A DNA stretch of 64,000 nucleotides from Lama glama (taxonomy: Eukaryota). How positions within the stretch are numbered: position 1 is the stretch's first letter; every line of letters starts with the position of its first letter. The stretch lies in assembly GCA_028534125.1 (NCBI GenBank), contig CM052816.1, positions 63,738,001 through 63,802,000 on the forward strand. Direction: 5' to 3'. The position numbers and the translations under genes were made by a program. Positions 1 through 12,626 of the stretch are shown here, one piece after another. A model generated the notes under the pieces. It was not told where the DNA came from. It ran no database searches and saw nothing but the letters and a program-made list of their open reading frames with translations.

Positions 1-789
1 TACAAGGCTTCCTGGGGCGAGTTTGGCAAGGGTGTGCTGTGGCCTCTCACCTTCTTCACCCTCTTCAGTAAGTGCTCTGGTTTCTCTCTCCCAACATATG
101 TCTGTTTATCATGCTCTGTGGCTCTCAGTTCTCATCCCTGAGCTATTACATGCCTTCAGTCTACAAATCCAGCCCTATTCTGAGTTAATCCAGACGAGTG
201 GGAAAGATACCTTAGCAGCCCAGACCACTGAGATCTAGGATTAGATGTGCTGCTTGAGACATGCTAGCTGGGGGGCTGGAGAGACTTTATAGAGTGCCCT
301 TGAGCTCTGGAATGGTGGCTTCCCCCATGGAGCGGGCTGCTGTCTGATCCTGCCTATCTGACGCTGTTCTGCATAAACTAGGACTGGAATCCCAACCAAC
401 TTGGCTGTGGCCATGAGGCCTCAGGGGAGAGTGATAGATTATGCTTGCTCTGCCAGCCTCCACAGCCGTCCGCAGAGGACCAGGCGTATTTCTGGGTCGA
501 CTTCTTTAGGCCCCAGGCTGCCTTGTCCAGCCTCCCCTTGACTCCCTGCTTCTCTCCATCTTTCTGTGTTGCTGATGTGTCAGCATTTCACATATCCGAT
601 TAATGACAGTTCTGACACGTGCCTCAGGACTTTGGATCCTCCCTGGACTACACATAAACATTAGAACATAATTAACCCATGAGTGAACTACCTTCTACTT
701 TCATCCTAACTCCTATTATTCATTAATATGTTCTTAAATGTTACCATGGCTTGATTTGGAATTATATTATAAATGGCATTTATAATAAT

Positions 790-1003
790 AATAATGATAA
801 TAACAATTTAACTTATAGACTGATTCTGTGGTAGTAGCTTTACATTCATTATTTAATTCAAACATGCAGGAAGGTATTTATTTCATCAGTTTTCAGATGA
901 GGAAAGAGTCCTTAAGAGGCTAACTTCTCTCAGATCATATAGAATTGAAATTCTCATCCATGTCTGTTTGATGTTAAAGTTCATGTTTTTAACCATGATA
1001 CAA
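790..1003 (-). mobile_element. MIR SINE relic
   Basis: ttttcagatgaggaaa...aagaggctaacttctctcagatcata matches the reverse complement of the MIR core (ttttacagatgaggaaactgaggc...aacttgcccaaggtcac). Confidence 0.75.
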
Positions 1004-1326
1004 TCCTGACTCACACACCTGGCATGTGATTTATAACTTTTTAATAATAATTTTCAGTATGAAGGCAATCTATAAGTTGTTGGGTTTCTATTTTTTTTAC
1101 AGGAAGAAATGGGGGCAGGAAGTGGGAATGGGAACAAAAGAGATTGTTTACTTAAATTTTATTGTATAGTGGCAATTATAGAAAGACCTTAAAAAATACA
1201 AGAACAGCTCATGTATTATCTACTGCATGTGTTCTTGTGCACCCCCCCACCCCTCATAGGTTTATACATACATATGCTGTTTTTGAGGGTTTATTATATA
1301 CTGAGTGCTTTTCATAAATTATCTAC

Positions 1327-1903
1327 TGTCTTAGACTCAGGTTTCCAGAAAGCAGAGCAGAGCCTGAGGCAAAGAATGAAGCACTGATAATTTATTATGA
1401 GATACAAGCCCAGGACAGTGAAAGTGAGCAAAAGGTAAAGTGAGGCAAGAGAAGATGCAAAGTGACTGCACTGACTAGGGCTTTGTAAGGAGCATGGAGA
1501 CACAGGGCATCCCGCTTAACAGGATTGTCCACAAAACTATGTGGGGCTTTTCTGGAAAGACTATAGAGCAGTTGGTTGGAGAGCAGAAGTTAGGGCAGTT
1601 TATTTTCCCGTATTCCTCCTATCTGTGTTTTTCCACTGGTTAAGATTTGTCCAGTTGAGACTTAATTTCCTCACACTTCAGCAGCTGTCAAATGCAACAT
1701 CCCAGGTCTTGGGGTGTTGTGTTTCATTCAAATCCAGAAATGGCAGAAGGACTGAGCAACTCTGGGCATGTGGCTGATTGGCCCAACTGTGTGGAGGTAG
1801 TCAAGGAGGGGGCTCTCCCAGGGCAAGTAGATGGTTCGTCCTCCATGGGAAGCTAGCAGGCAGAGCCTGTCTATGAAGGCACATAACATCTGTGGTTGAT
1901 GTA
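1327..1903 (-). mobile_element. ERVL-class solo LTR (LTR16/LTR40/LTR41 group) inserted into a MIR
   Basis: Begins tgtcttagactcaggtttccagaaagcagag...cctgaggcaaaga...tttatt, the typical reverse-complemented ERVL LTR 3' end. It is flanked by tctac at 1322-1326 and 1904-1908, a 5-bp TSD candidate. Confidence 0.65.
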
Positions 1904-1908
1904 TCTAC

Positions 1909-2068
1909 TTATAATTCAAAACAACTCTGAGAAGTGAGTACTGTATTTCTCACTTCACAACTGGAGAAATAGGCTAACTTGCCCCAGATCTCATAACAGT
2001 GAGCAGTCAAGCCAGAGTGCAACTTCAAATCAGTTTACTTTCAAATTCTATGCTCTGTCCAGTATGAT
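1909..2068 (-). mobile_element. MIR relic (continuation of the MIR piece at about 1280-1326)
   Basis: acaactctgagaag...ggctaacttgccccagatctcataacagtgagcagtcaagccagag resembles reverse-complement MIR. Confidence 0.65.
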
Positions 2069-5000
2069 GCTTAGATTTTCCTGCATGCTTTCATTTAATT
2101 AAAAGTAATAACAAAGTTCTTGTGGAAAATACTGTAAATATAAAGAGCAAAATAATCTTCCATAATCTATAAACCCCCAAAGTAATCATTTAAAAATCTT
2201 TTTAGGCTTTCTATGATGTTTTTATCTTGTAGTTTTTCTGTATTATTCTTACATAGCTGAGATGATAATGCAAATACTGTGCTTTAGGCCCTTGTTATTG
2301 ATCAGCATATCAAAAGTAGCATCCTCTGTCAACATAACCATTTACAATTCCATAAAACGACCTGGATATAGCAACAATGTGCTTTGGAAGAAGTAGGTCT
2401 ATGATCCACTATCTCCCGTTACTGGTGTGAGGGAGTATGTTCCTGGGTAAGAAAGATGGCAAGTAAACTGGTCTGATCATGTAAATACTAATTTACAGAC
2501 TAATTTACTAATGACAGACCTCCCAAAAAACTAAATGATTTTGTGGGCAGAAGAGTCCTTATCCATGGAATGCTTTTAGCAGAACGTACTTTAGCGTCTG
2601 TGATTTCTTAGGTAAACAAACCTAGAATCTGCAGACTTATGGGGCATGACTCTGGAAAATGTCATGTAAACTATGTAAATATCTGAGAATAAAATGGAGA
2701 TGTTTCAGATGTTTCTTGAACTAAGTAGCTCCTTCTGGGTACGCAAGGTGGCTGCGTATCTTAGAGAACTCATCTACTATTTTGGACCAGAGCACCTCGG
2801 ATACAGGAAGAAGGCCCAGGGAATTGTGAGAGGAGTTGTGAACCTCTCCCTGTTGTACCTGTGCCTCTTCATTACTTGCATCTTTGAAATTATTAGTAAA
2901 GCTTGGTACTAGTAAGATCTCCTATGTGGGAGTCTTATTTGACAACGGATCTTTGTTGTGTCGTACTGTCTCAATTCATAATTATTTCCTCACTGATGAC
3001 ATTTTAATCATGTAATAATGTTTTGTAACTTTAAATACTACTGTAATACACAACTCTGATCAAATCATTGTATATGTTTTATATAACTTCTTTTGAATGA
3101 TTCTAAGAGAAGGACTTTGCTAGTCTGTACTTCTTAATAGTCATGATAGGGAAGCCTCTGCAAGAATCTATTGTTATACCTCTTGTTCTTGCTACTGCAA
3201 GGAGAAAAAGAAGGATCAAGGGGAAAAGAGGGAAAGGGAAGAAAGAAGTAGGAGTAGAAGGAATCATCACCAGACTCTCCCGTGAGCCTGGGACCTTTCT
3301 TCACTCTTGGTAATCGTTCCTGCTGAAATCCTTCCATTCCTAGTTCTTGCCCACAAACCCCACTCCTGCTCCATATTCTGGTCTCCTGGAGGGCCCAACT
3401 AAGCTCTCCTAGATTCCTCTTATATTGATTACCTCCTGACCCAGCAACTGGATAAACCTCAAGCAGCTAGGTGTTTGAGCAGGGAAGATGCATTCCTGGC
3501 ATTCCAGATTGGTGCTGGTGGTTTCATAGCACATAGCACTCTTAATCTGAGCAAGGTTCATAGAGAGAATTTCTTTGGGGAGAGGGTCAATGAATTTAGA
3601 GGGCAAAATTTCACCGTTATATTCACTAATCTCTAATCAAAAAAAAAAAAACGCTCTGCTTCTGTAAAAGATGGCCAGTTGAAGCAAGTTGCAGTGGTGT
3701 GAGCTTTCCTTTACTAAGAACTGTGTGGGGGTTTCTCTGATAATTTGTTTTACTATCATTTAATAAAAATGAGCTCTTGTTCCCTTTATTCACATTTTTC
3801 CTATGGGGAGGAGTAGCATCTGATGTAGGAGAACACTCTTCTGGGGATCAGTTAGTCTGGGTACTAACCTTTGCTCTGGTTGTTGGTAAAATGGAGGGTT
3901 GCACTTGGCGGTCTTCATCCCTTTTACTTTGCTTTCTAGATATTTTTGAATGTTAGGTAAGAAATGCCATTCAATGAATTAAATGTTTCATGTCTAGTGA
4001 GAAAGTTATAAATAATATCATCTCCCCCTTCACAATTACAATGCATTGATGAGGTGGAAAACTGACCATGGGAACCTTGGCATATAATCCTTCCTCCTCC
4101 GTGCTCTGCAACTTTTCTAGAGTGTACTTCTAGGTAGTACAAGCTTGCCATGGAAAAATTTCACCTAGCCAGTTTCTTACAAGTGAGGGGAAGTCAGAGG
4201 TACGGGTGGAGAGGGAGGCCTGGGGAATGCTTTGACTGTGATAGCCAATGTTAAGCAACTACCCTTAAAGTAGTCTGCAGAGGGTTCTGGTGTGGTTGTC
4301 TTCTAAGCCTGGCCCAGGGATACTGCTCTCAATCCTCCCATCTCAGGCGTGGTGACTGAGCTGCACTGTGGGCAAAGAGCAATGTCCATTCCTAAAAATT
4401 CCTTGAGGTAACTCTTTGATTTCACACTTTTTTTTATTCTTAAAAAAGAGGAGTTAAAACATCAGGTGAAGATAGTTTGCTGTGTTGCTGAGATACGTTA
4501 GGGATGGAGAGGGAACACTAAAACTCATGAGCTAAAGTCATTGTTCTCACTGCCTTCATTCTTCTCCTGTGTTATGTACCTTGACTTTTAAGTTACTCAC
4601 CCACAAATAGAGTTCTCAGTAGTCTCTTTCAAAACCTTCAATGAATGTTCCAACTTCCAAATTGAGGAACGATCCCAAAGGTGAGGTGAAGAAGAGAGCA
4701 ATGCCCAATAGAAGTTCCTGTTGGCCTAAAGCTGAGGGGAGAAGTGCCCCAAGGCATGGGAAATAAAGACTGACTCATACCACATTTTTCAGCAAAATTA
4801 CATGTGATTTTTTTATCATAAAATCATTCAGAGATTCGAAGCTAATCAGAGTGAAGCTCTATGGATAGACTCTGCCAAAATAATAATGATGATGAAGATG
4901 ATGATAAGAATGGAGTCTGGAAGAGAGAAGAAATTGTGTAAAAGTTGATTTAAAAATATACCACCGAGTAATTGTCCATAGAACTGGAGAAAGTGCACAG

Positions 5001-5099
5001 AGAAGTTGTCCCTACGGTCTCAAAGTGGTTGCCTGTAACAAAAATTACAGTTGGAGAAAAAGCCTTCAAAAAAGCAATAGAAAGTTTCAGAGAAAAATG

Positions 5100-5760
5100 G
5101 CAAGATGGGAAATGAACTAAAGACATGGAAATGGAAGAGGAAAAACAACACAAAGAATAAATGTGACTGTAAACATATAGTGGCAAGTTTGACAACATTA
5201 CCCAATGGAAAAGAACAAAGACATAAAAGAGATTATAGATAAAGTACTAGATATGGAAGAAAAAGGCGATCCAATATATACTAATTTGACATTTCTGAGA
5301 AAGAAAATAGAACAGATGGAACAGAAATGATTTCAATAATATAAAAGAAAACAATTTCCTTCAGGAAAAGCTTGAATCAGCACACTGAAGCATGATCCAG
5401 TAAAGATTGGCACAACACAGCAAACACCCAGCCATATCCTTAAAAAGTTACTGAATACGAGATAAAGGAAGATTTATATGGGCGTCAAGAAAAGAAATTA
5501 AGTCACAAAGGAGGGGAAAGTCTGGCTGACTTCAGACTTCATAGCAAGAGTCAATGCCAAAAGATGGTGAAGGAATGCCAACAGAATGTTACTAAATAAT
5601 TTATTAACCATGCAAGTTCAAGTCTAAAGGCAGCAAATAATCTCAATAATGCAAGTAGTTAGACAATACAGCAAATAGGAGTCCTTGGAAAAAATAAATC
5701 CAGTAGATCAGGAGATGATTCAGAAAAAATGTAATTGGTTCATTGAATAGGTTGAATTTG
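5100..5760 (+). mobile_element. Ancient HAL1/L1M ORF1-region relic
   Basis: A-rich sense strand with decayed ORF1 hallmarks (aggcgatccaatatatactaat, acacccagccatatcct, ctggctgacttcagacttc, aatgccaaaagatggtgaaggaatgcc). No intact frame. Confidence 0.65.
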
Positions 5761-5968
5761 AAATATACAAATATAAAAAAATCTTTCTTCACATTCTCCA
5801 AAGTCTTTAAACCATCCTAGTCTAATCTTCCTTTCTTGCTCTTTAACAATGTCTTGATCTGATCCCATCATTTTCCTGGTAGTTTTAAGTATTCAAAATC
5901 CAGTAAAGTTTCTTCTATCTCTTATTCAATTTAACTCACATTTGCTTTCCATGCCAAAGTTGGGCACC

Positions 5969-6343
5969 TGTGGCAGATGATGGGTACCAAAATATGCCTC
6001 TTTGGCATATGAATTATTTTGAGCTAAGTGCCAACCGAGAACCATCACACTTAGGAAAAGCTCTTTACTTCCCTCCAATTCCCTAAAAATAGAGCACAAA
6101 TTTTCCCTTTGTAGAGGAAAGTTACATTTATGAAGGAAATTTCCATCTGTAAAGACGTCTGTACCAGGAAGAGATCTACTCCTAGAGACAACTTTTATCG
6201 CCTGAGACAGTCCTGGGCTGTGCATAACTAAAACTGTTTTTAAATTTTTTTTCTCTTGTTAATCTGTCTTTAATCAATTTTATTTTGGGCTCCAGCCATT
6301 GAACCTAAGAGGGAAGAGGAAAAGTGACTTTTCTCCACTATGC
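5969..6343 (+). mobile_element. MER34-like ERV1 solo LTR (internally deleted)
   Basis: ccaaaatatgcctctttggcatatgaattattttgagctaa at the 5' end and tctcttgttaatctgtctt...ccagccattgaacctaaga at the 3' end. Homologous, in inverted orientation, to 11327-11909. Confidence 0.8.
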
Positions 6344-6643
6344 AGAGATCCTTCCTCCTACTCTCCTCTCCCCTGCTTACACCCTCTTTCTTCTGAGTCC
6401 TCTTCTGTTGTGTTGTGTTGAGAAGGAGAGATGGGGGAAAAGGGGTAAACATCACTTAGGTGGTGCCTTTGGGTGTTTTTCAGGTTATTATTGCCTCCGA
6501 TTCATTCTGTGTGAGAGAGGTCCAAATGCTGGTGTTCTCAAAAGGGTATGTGTGAGTTCTGGGGGGTTCTTCAAGAAACTCTTCCCTCCGAGACAAATGG
6601 CTGGTGCTCTGTCAAGATCTCTTGACTCCAGCGGAGTTCTTAC

Positions 6644-7071
6644 TGAGATAGGGGGGAAGGGGACAAGGCACAACCACTGAAAGAGTGACACAGCAATTGC
6701 AGACAGGACAAATTGACTAGAACCAAGACTGTGGAAGATTCGCCTTCCAGTAGACCTTGAGTCTCACAGCACACCCACAAGTGCCATGACAGTTCCTAGG
6801 CTGACTATAAAAGATCAAGGCGGGGGCGTTTCCTGGAAATCCTTGCCCTTTCCCCAAAGTAGTTGGAATAATCCTCCTACTCATTAGCGTATGAAATTAC
6901 GCAGCCTGTAAAACCTAACTCCACACCTCATGGCTGCTCTCTCTCTTGCCTTCTGAGACGGCCCGCACTCTGTCTATGGAGTGTGTATCTCTCTAAATAA
7001 ACTTGCTTTTACTTTACTATGCTTTACTCTTTAATTCTTTCCTGTGTGAGACAACCTGTTCTCCTACAACA
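6644..7071 (+). mobile_element. MER41-like ERV1 solo LTR (cetartiodactyl type)
   Basis: TG...CA ends, AATAAA at 6996-7001, MER41-family motifs gtgccatgacagtt and cactctgtctatggagtg. Flanks ttac/ttcc give a 3/4 TSD match. Homologous to 51026-51646. Confidence 0.8.
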
Positions 7072-10000
7072 TTCCCTCTGCTAGTCTACTCTACAGCCTC
7101 CAGTGGTGCAGGAGGAGAGTCCGGCTTATCTCCTCTGTCCCTTGTCCACACTGAAATAGAACGACATGAACACCAGCAACAGGCCAACAACGCATGTGTC
7201 TGCGTTGTTGAAGAATGTCTTTGGGGTTTCTTGAAAGGCGCTTTCTGTGCTGAAGAGGGCAGGTCAGTCCTACCTTAACCTCATTGTTCTTATTCTCCTC
7301 CATTTTTAAGAGCAAACACACACACAGAAATCATGCCTCTGAGTATGTGTTCTTTAATAAAACCTCTCTTCCCCCATTACCTGCCATTCCGGTGAGGATC
7401 TGTTTTTTCCAGGGGACTGTCTCACTGTCTGCTTCATTTTGCTGGTTCTGATCTGTCCTTTGCACACATGATGGAGACAGGCCATGGAGTGGAGGGAGGG
7501 AAGAGGCCTGTCTCGCACAATTGCTGCCCTCTTTCAAGGAGGAACAAAAGCTCTCTCATTTCCGTACCTCTTGTTTGCACAAAAGTTGCAAAAATTATTT
7601 TATGTCTAAAAAATTGCCTTGAATAATTTCCACTGGATACCTCAAACAATAGCCTTTTTCACTTTTAAAAGCACGAGGAAAATAAGTAAATCTCCTTTCT
7701 TTATGGGCACCGGAGCCAAGCATATGTGCTCTGTTTGGAGAAAGCCAATGCCTCAAGCTGCAGCATTTCTTTTACCAGCTCTCAGCAAGTGGCCATTTAG
7801 GCTTAATTGCTCCTCACAGCACAGTCCAATTAAGAACAGGCATCAGCAGGGTAAGGGCTATTTGTTAATCCATAAAAGGTATGAGAGACAGTACTTGTTT
7901 TGCCTGCGGTTTTTATTCACATGTTTGGGTGAAAATCTAAACAGCTGGAACTCTTGGCAAGTGATATGTGTGTATTTAATCTGTTGGTTATGGGCAAGAC
8001 CAGTTTATGAATGTGTTACATGAAACCCAAACTTTTTCTTTCACACAAAGGAGAACTTTGTCAAGATGTTGCTGAAACCTACTAAGGCATGATACCAAAA
8101 TTGCAGTGAGGGCAGAGCCAGTTCAGAGGAGAAAACCTATGAATCCAGGGGGTTTCTCTGCAAACTGAAGATGGCTTTCGACCCAAAAGACCAATTTCCC
8201 CATTAAAGCACACAATTCTATCAGAACACACTGTGGGTTGTTGCTGTTGTTATTTTGCATTCTTTTTTTTAATACAGTTTTAATTTTTTGAGAATTTGCC
8301 TTGTGTATACCATTTCGACGTGGGACAGGATAGGCTGACAAGCAGTGGGAGTGTTGGAGTGACAATGGGCCTCTACGATGGAGATAGGCAAACACAGAAA
8401 GAAACATGTATATTATGTAGCTGTGAAATACTCTCAGCTAGCTCAAAGGTTTCCACACCTCCTGCTGTACGAAAAAGAATCTGATGAGTGCCAGCCAGGC
8501 TAGGGGCTGCCTCCTGGTTTCCTACAAGTCTAGGGGCTTTGATTTCCAGAGAAGGGGAGGGTAGAAAACACAGCTACGTGTCTTGCCTGGTCAGGCTGCT
8601 CATGAAACCCTGGGGTCAGGGGACAAGATACATTGTCTAGAAAAGTCAGACTCTAGCAGCATGGGGAGTTGGGGAAGGTAGGAAGAAAAGACAGTTGATA
8701 CCTTTGTCTTCCTGGAGCAGAGTGAGACTGGACATCAGATATCTTCCATGGTTCACATGCTGGTTGGGCTTTGAAGACAGGCAGACCCATCAATCTGTTT
8801 CCTTGTTTCTTCTTCCTCAGTTTCTTTTTTTCTTTAACTCCTGGTTCTCTGGGGATTCCGCTCCATTCATAATGTTTCTGGCCCCTTTGACCTTCCCTCT
8901 ACAAAAACAGAGAGGAAAGGAAGCCCTGAACAATCGTTCATGTGCCCGGGCTATTCAGCAGTCAACCTGGGTTAGCTAGGGCTGGAGATTTTCTTGTTTT
9001 TCAGCTAAATGAAAATCTAGTTTTCCCCCTTTGGTTTTGTATGTTTTTAATCACATTGTCAATTATTAACATTACTCTGATGAGTGAGACCTTTCCTGAT
9101 TTTGGGGCTGTACTTACCATCAAATTAATGATTCTCCTCTGGAAAATGCCCACACTCACCTTCCTTACAGTCTGAATCCTGGTGGGATGCTGGCTGCAGG
9201 TAATGATATTTACCCGGCTCATTGAAATGTCACACTTAGGACTGAGCCCTATAAATTATTATTGTGCTTGTGTTATATTGTAAAGATAAAGGTCAGATCA
9301 GAGCTCAGATTTATTCACACTCATGATGCATTTCTGAGAGTTAGTAGAAAAATAAACTGTTGAGTCTTTTGGTTAAAAGTTATATACAAGTGTAAGTGAT
9401 TTTTTTTCCCAAAGAAGGAAAAGAAGTAACCACAGGACCAGTAGTTTTTTTTTTTTATAAATACAAGGAGAGATGGGCTCATCTAAGGCCTATAAACACT
9501 ACTTTCAATTATCTGCACATTTTTTGATGATCCTTTAAAAATAACTGGATAAGGTCAGGGACAAGTTCAGGAAGACCAAGAGAACTATTGAGAATTGACC
9601 CCTTGCTAGTGACTGAATAGGTTGCCCCCTCTCTCACAGGACTGAGATGGCCCTCCAATTCCCCATTGAAAGTTGTTTGGTGGCCAGAAAGCCAGTCGTC
9701 GTAGCTGAGCAACTTTCCCAGTTAGTCACAAAGCACATGGCCTTTTACCTTGAACTGCAGATTTCCAAAAGTGGGATTGCTAACCAGTACTGGACCCTGC
9801 CAGTCCCAAGCCCAAGGAAGCAGGCGGTGAGGAGGGAACGATGGCATGCTGGAGGTGGTCCTCCAGTGTGGACTGAGTCAGCCCTGGGCAGTGAGAAGTG
9901 CCTGTGACTGGTGTCTTTGCCGCACCAGCTTTTTAAATAAATCACAGGCTGAGTGTTGTTAGCTGTCAGGGCAACAGCTCTCAGTAGCACTTCATAGGAA

Positions 10001-11159
10001 GTCCCAGATCATCTACATCAAATGATTTTTCTTCCATAAAATTTGGCTTTTGAGCTTTGAAAGAATCTACTGGGCTCACCCTCATTTTTTCCTCTAACTT
10101 ACCCTTTTAAGGATTATCTCCAATTGGAGAGTAATGTTTGAAGGGTTTAGTCTTCCAACTATTTGAACAAGAACTGGTGGATTAAGAAAAAAAAAAAAAG
10201 AACTGTTAGATAATCTTTTACTTGCCTCTCTTTTTGTGATTCCTCCTCCTGCTTCTATTTCTTACATTTCTCAACTGAATCTCAGTGCTTTTATTTTGTG
10301 AATCTCTTTCTTCCTATGTTCTCTTAAAGATTTTTGTTCTGTATTAACTCATTCACAATAATTTCCAGTACAAACTCTAAGTGCTCACTCTTAATGTGGT
10401 ACTGGACATGGCAAGGAAGGATAATTTGTGTTTGATGTTATTTGAGATATTTGCTAATCTTTATCCTTTTAGTAGGAAGAATAAAAAATATAATCATGTT
10501 TTAAAAGCCTTTTAAATAATACAGAAATTAGGGAATAATAAATCCATATTCAAGTCTACCGTATGTTATTATACCCATAAGAGAATGTTACCTTATTTGC
10601 TTTCATATTTATTTTTAGTATTTCTTGCTCATCCTTCCCAACATTTTACCAAAAAGAAAAAAAAAAGGGAAGAGGGAGAGAAAAATGTTTATATTACTGT
10701 CTCTAATAACAATAGGATAAACAGTTTATCTATCTCTAAGACCTCATTATTACTTTTTCTTTAGTCCTGCTTTAAAAAACACAAAACATTATTTTTGAAA
10801 ACAGTAATTGCTTCTGCTGACAAGTTTCCCTGAATGGAGTATAGTTTGTCTTTAAGGGAAACAGTCGAGTGATAGGAAGTACAGACAGTCAGCCACCTGG
10901 AGGAGTTAACAGAGGGGAGCTAGACTGACCCTCTTCTCTTTCCCAGCCTGCCTATTTCTTTCCTCACTTTGGTTTGTGTTCTTTCTGTTTCCCCCTAGGT
11001 GGACTGTTTTTGATCTATCAAAAGGTATATACAGTCCTTTTCCAGGAACATAAGCTATAAGTTGGAGCCATGGCAGTGTTATGATTTCTTTACCCTGGAT
11101 GCTTAGTTTCCAACCAGAAGCTGGAAGGACCACTAAATGTAAGTCATTTTCAAAACATC

Positions 11160-12035
11160 TTTCAGCAAACATTTATTTGGTGCCTACTTTTCCAGGCACA
11201 GTTCTAAGCATTTGGGAGATATGACTGCACAAAACAAACACAGATCCTTGTCCTTGTGAGTCTTGGATTCTAGTGGGTGGGAGACAAAAATACATAGTAA
11301 ATCGAATAAATGAGTTAATTATCCAGCTAGAGGGGAGGAAAAAATTTCTTTTCCTTCTAGCCATCTTAGGTTCATTGGCAAGGGCCCTGTAAATCAGACG
11401 TCCAAAAAACAGATTAACAAGAGAAAAAACAGAGGTTTATTAACATGTGCGTCGTAGGTACCTATGGGAGTATTCAGTGAGGAGTAACTCAGAGGAGTGC
11501 TTAGATCTTGAGCTTTTAGAGCATCCTAACAAAAGAACAATAATAGGTTTTTGGAGTAGTGATGAGACAAAGGAAAAGGACTTTGAATTTTTAGAGCAGC
11601 AAATTGTGGGAAGGTAAATATATGGGGGAGCGAATGGAAGATGAGGGCTAGTTAGTAAGGTTTTTTTTTTTTTATGTAGGTTCTTCTGCTGCTGTCTCTG
11701 GGCTGATAATTGTGTCTGGTGATTAAACACTGTCCTTCCTGGTAGAGAGGGGAGGAGGGACACCTTTACAAATTTATGTCTTGATTTTAGGAAAATAGGG
11801 GGAGGACAGGGAGTTTTTCTTACCTTTGCTTCTTCTCAATTGCCTTCTGCTCAAAATAATCTTTATGCCAAAGTGGTGTACTTGATGTGGCATATTCTGC
11901 TACCCTTCACATTCTATTAGAAGATGATGGAAATGAAGACAAAGAGCAAAATGGGGGGATCAGAGGTAGAGGGGTGTTGCAATTTTAAAATTACAAAGTT
12001 AGCTTCATTGAGAAGATGACGTTGGACAAAGACTC
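11160..12035 (-). mobile_element. L2 3' end, split by the MER34-like LTR at 11327-11909
   Basis: ttcagcaaacatttatttggtgcctac...ccaggcacagttctaagc is the reverse-complement L2 tail. L2-like sequence resumes after 11910 (cttcattgagaagatgacgttggacaaagact). Confidence 0.75.
11327..11909 (-). mobile_element. MER34-like ERV1 solo LTR
   Basis: cttaggttcattggc...acagattaacaagagaaaa and ctcaaaataatctttatgccaaagtgg...ggcatattctgctacccttca are the reverse complement of MER34-family ends. Confidence 0.8.
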
Positions 12036-12330
12036 CCTTCTCATCTGGATCCCACGAGTGCTCCCAAAATATTAGGAGGGCTGAGTCACACTCAGCTTTG
12101 CTGTGGATTATCTTCACATAATGTGGGAGGAGCTGCTGTTTTATACAAAGAAAAGAGTGGAAATGGGCTGCAGTTTGTATTTGTTTCCTCCTGGTGTAGG
12201 GAAAATATCAGTGCAGAGAAGAGTCATGCAGGTGAAGACAGATTATGAACTTTGAAACATACTGTAAATGATGTGTTCTCCATTTCTTAGTATAACCTAG
12301 ATATAACTGTTTTGGTTGATGCCTCATTTC

Positions 12331-12349
12331 TGGGCCACTAGGTGGTATC
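12331..12349 (+). promoter_or_regulatory. Candidate CTCF binding site
   Basis: gggCCACTAGGTGGta matches the core CCASYAGRKGG(C) in non-repeat sequence. Motif evidence only. Confidence 0.45.
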
Positions 12350-12626
12350 CATATAAAACTATAGTTTTAATTTAGAGGTGCCTGTGCAAAAGTATGTTTC
12401 AGAGTTCCTTTAAAGAGGTTTTGCTCAGTCCACTTGAGGTTGGTCAATATTTGGGTCTGTACATGTGCACATTTGTGTGCATGTGAATAGAATTGATCTT
12501 TTCTTGTTAGTAAAAGATGCTATCTATGTGCAAAGTATTATGCAGCTTTTATTTTATTTTTATAGATTCTAATTTGTAATCATTGCCTTATTCAGTTATG
12601 TTAGCAATAAGTTTGTAAAGCAGTTC

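Noticed and set aside
2738..2965. Series of small stems (tacgca/tgcgta, taaga-ctcc/ggag-tctta, acaacgga/tttgttgt)
   Set aside because: The stems are short and rely on G-T pairs, as expected by chance, and there are no snoRNA, tRNA or snRNA boxes
3545..3640. Possible hAT-Charlie fragment followed by a poly(A) run
   Set aside because: Too short and diverged to assign a family, with no TSD supporting a retrocopy
5969..7071. Two adjacent same-strand LTRs as a possible provirus
   Set aside because: They are different families (MER34-like and MER41-like), only 300 bp apart, with no PBS or gag/pol sequence seen
7619..8023. 134-aa ORF
   Set aside because: Non-ATG start, no recognisable domain, and composition typical of random AT-rich DNA
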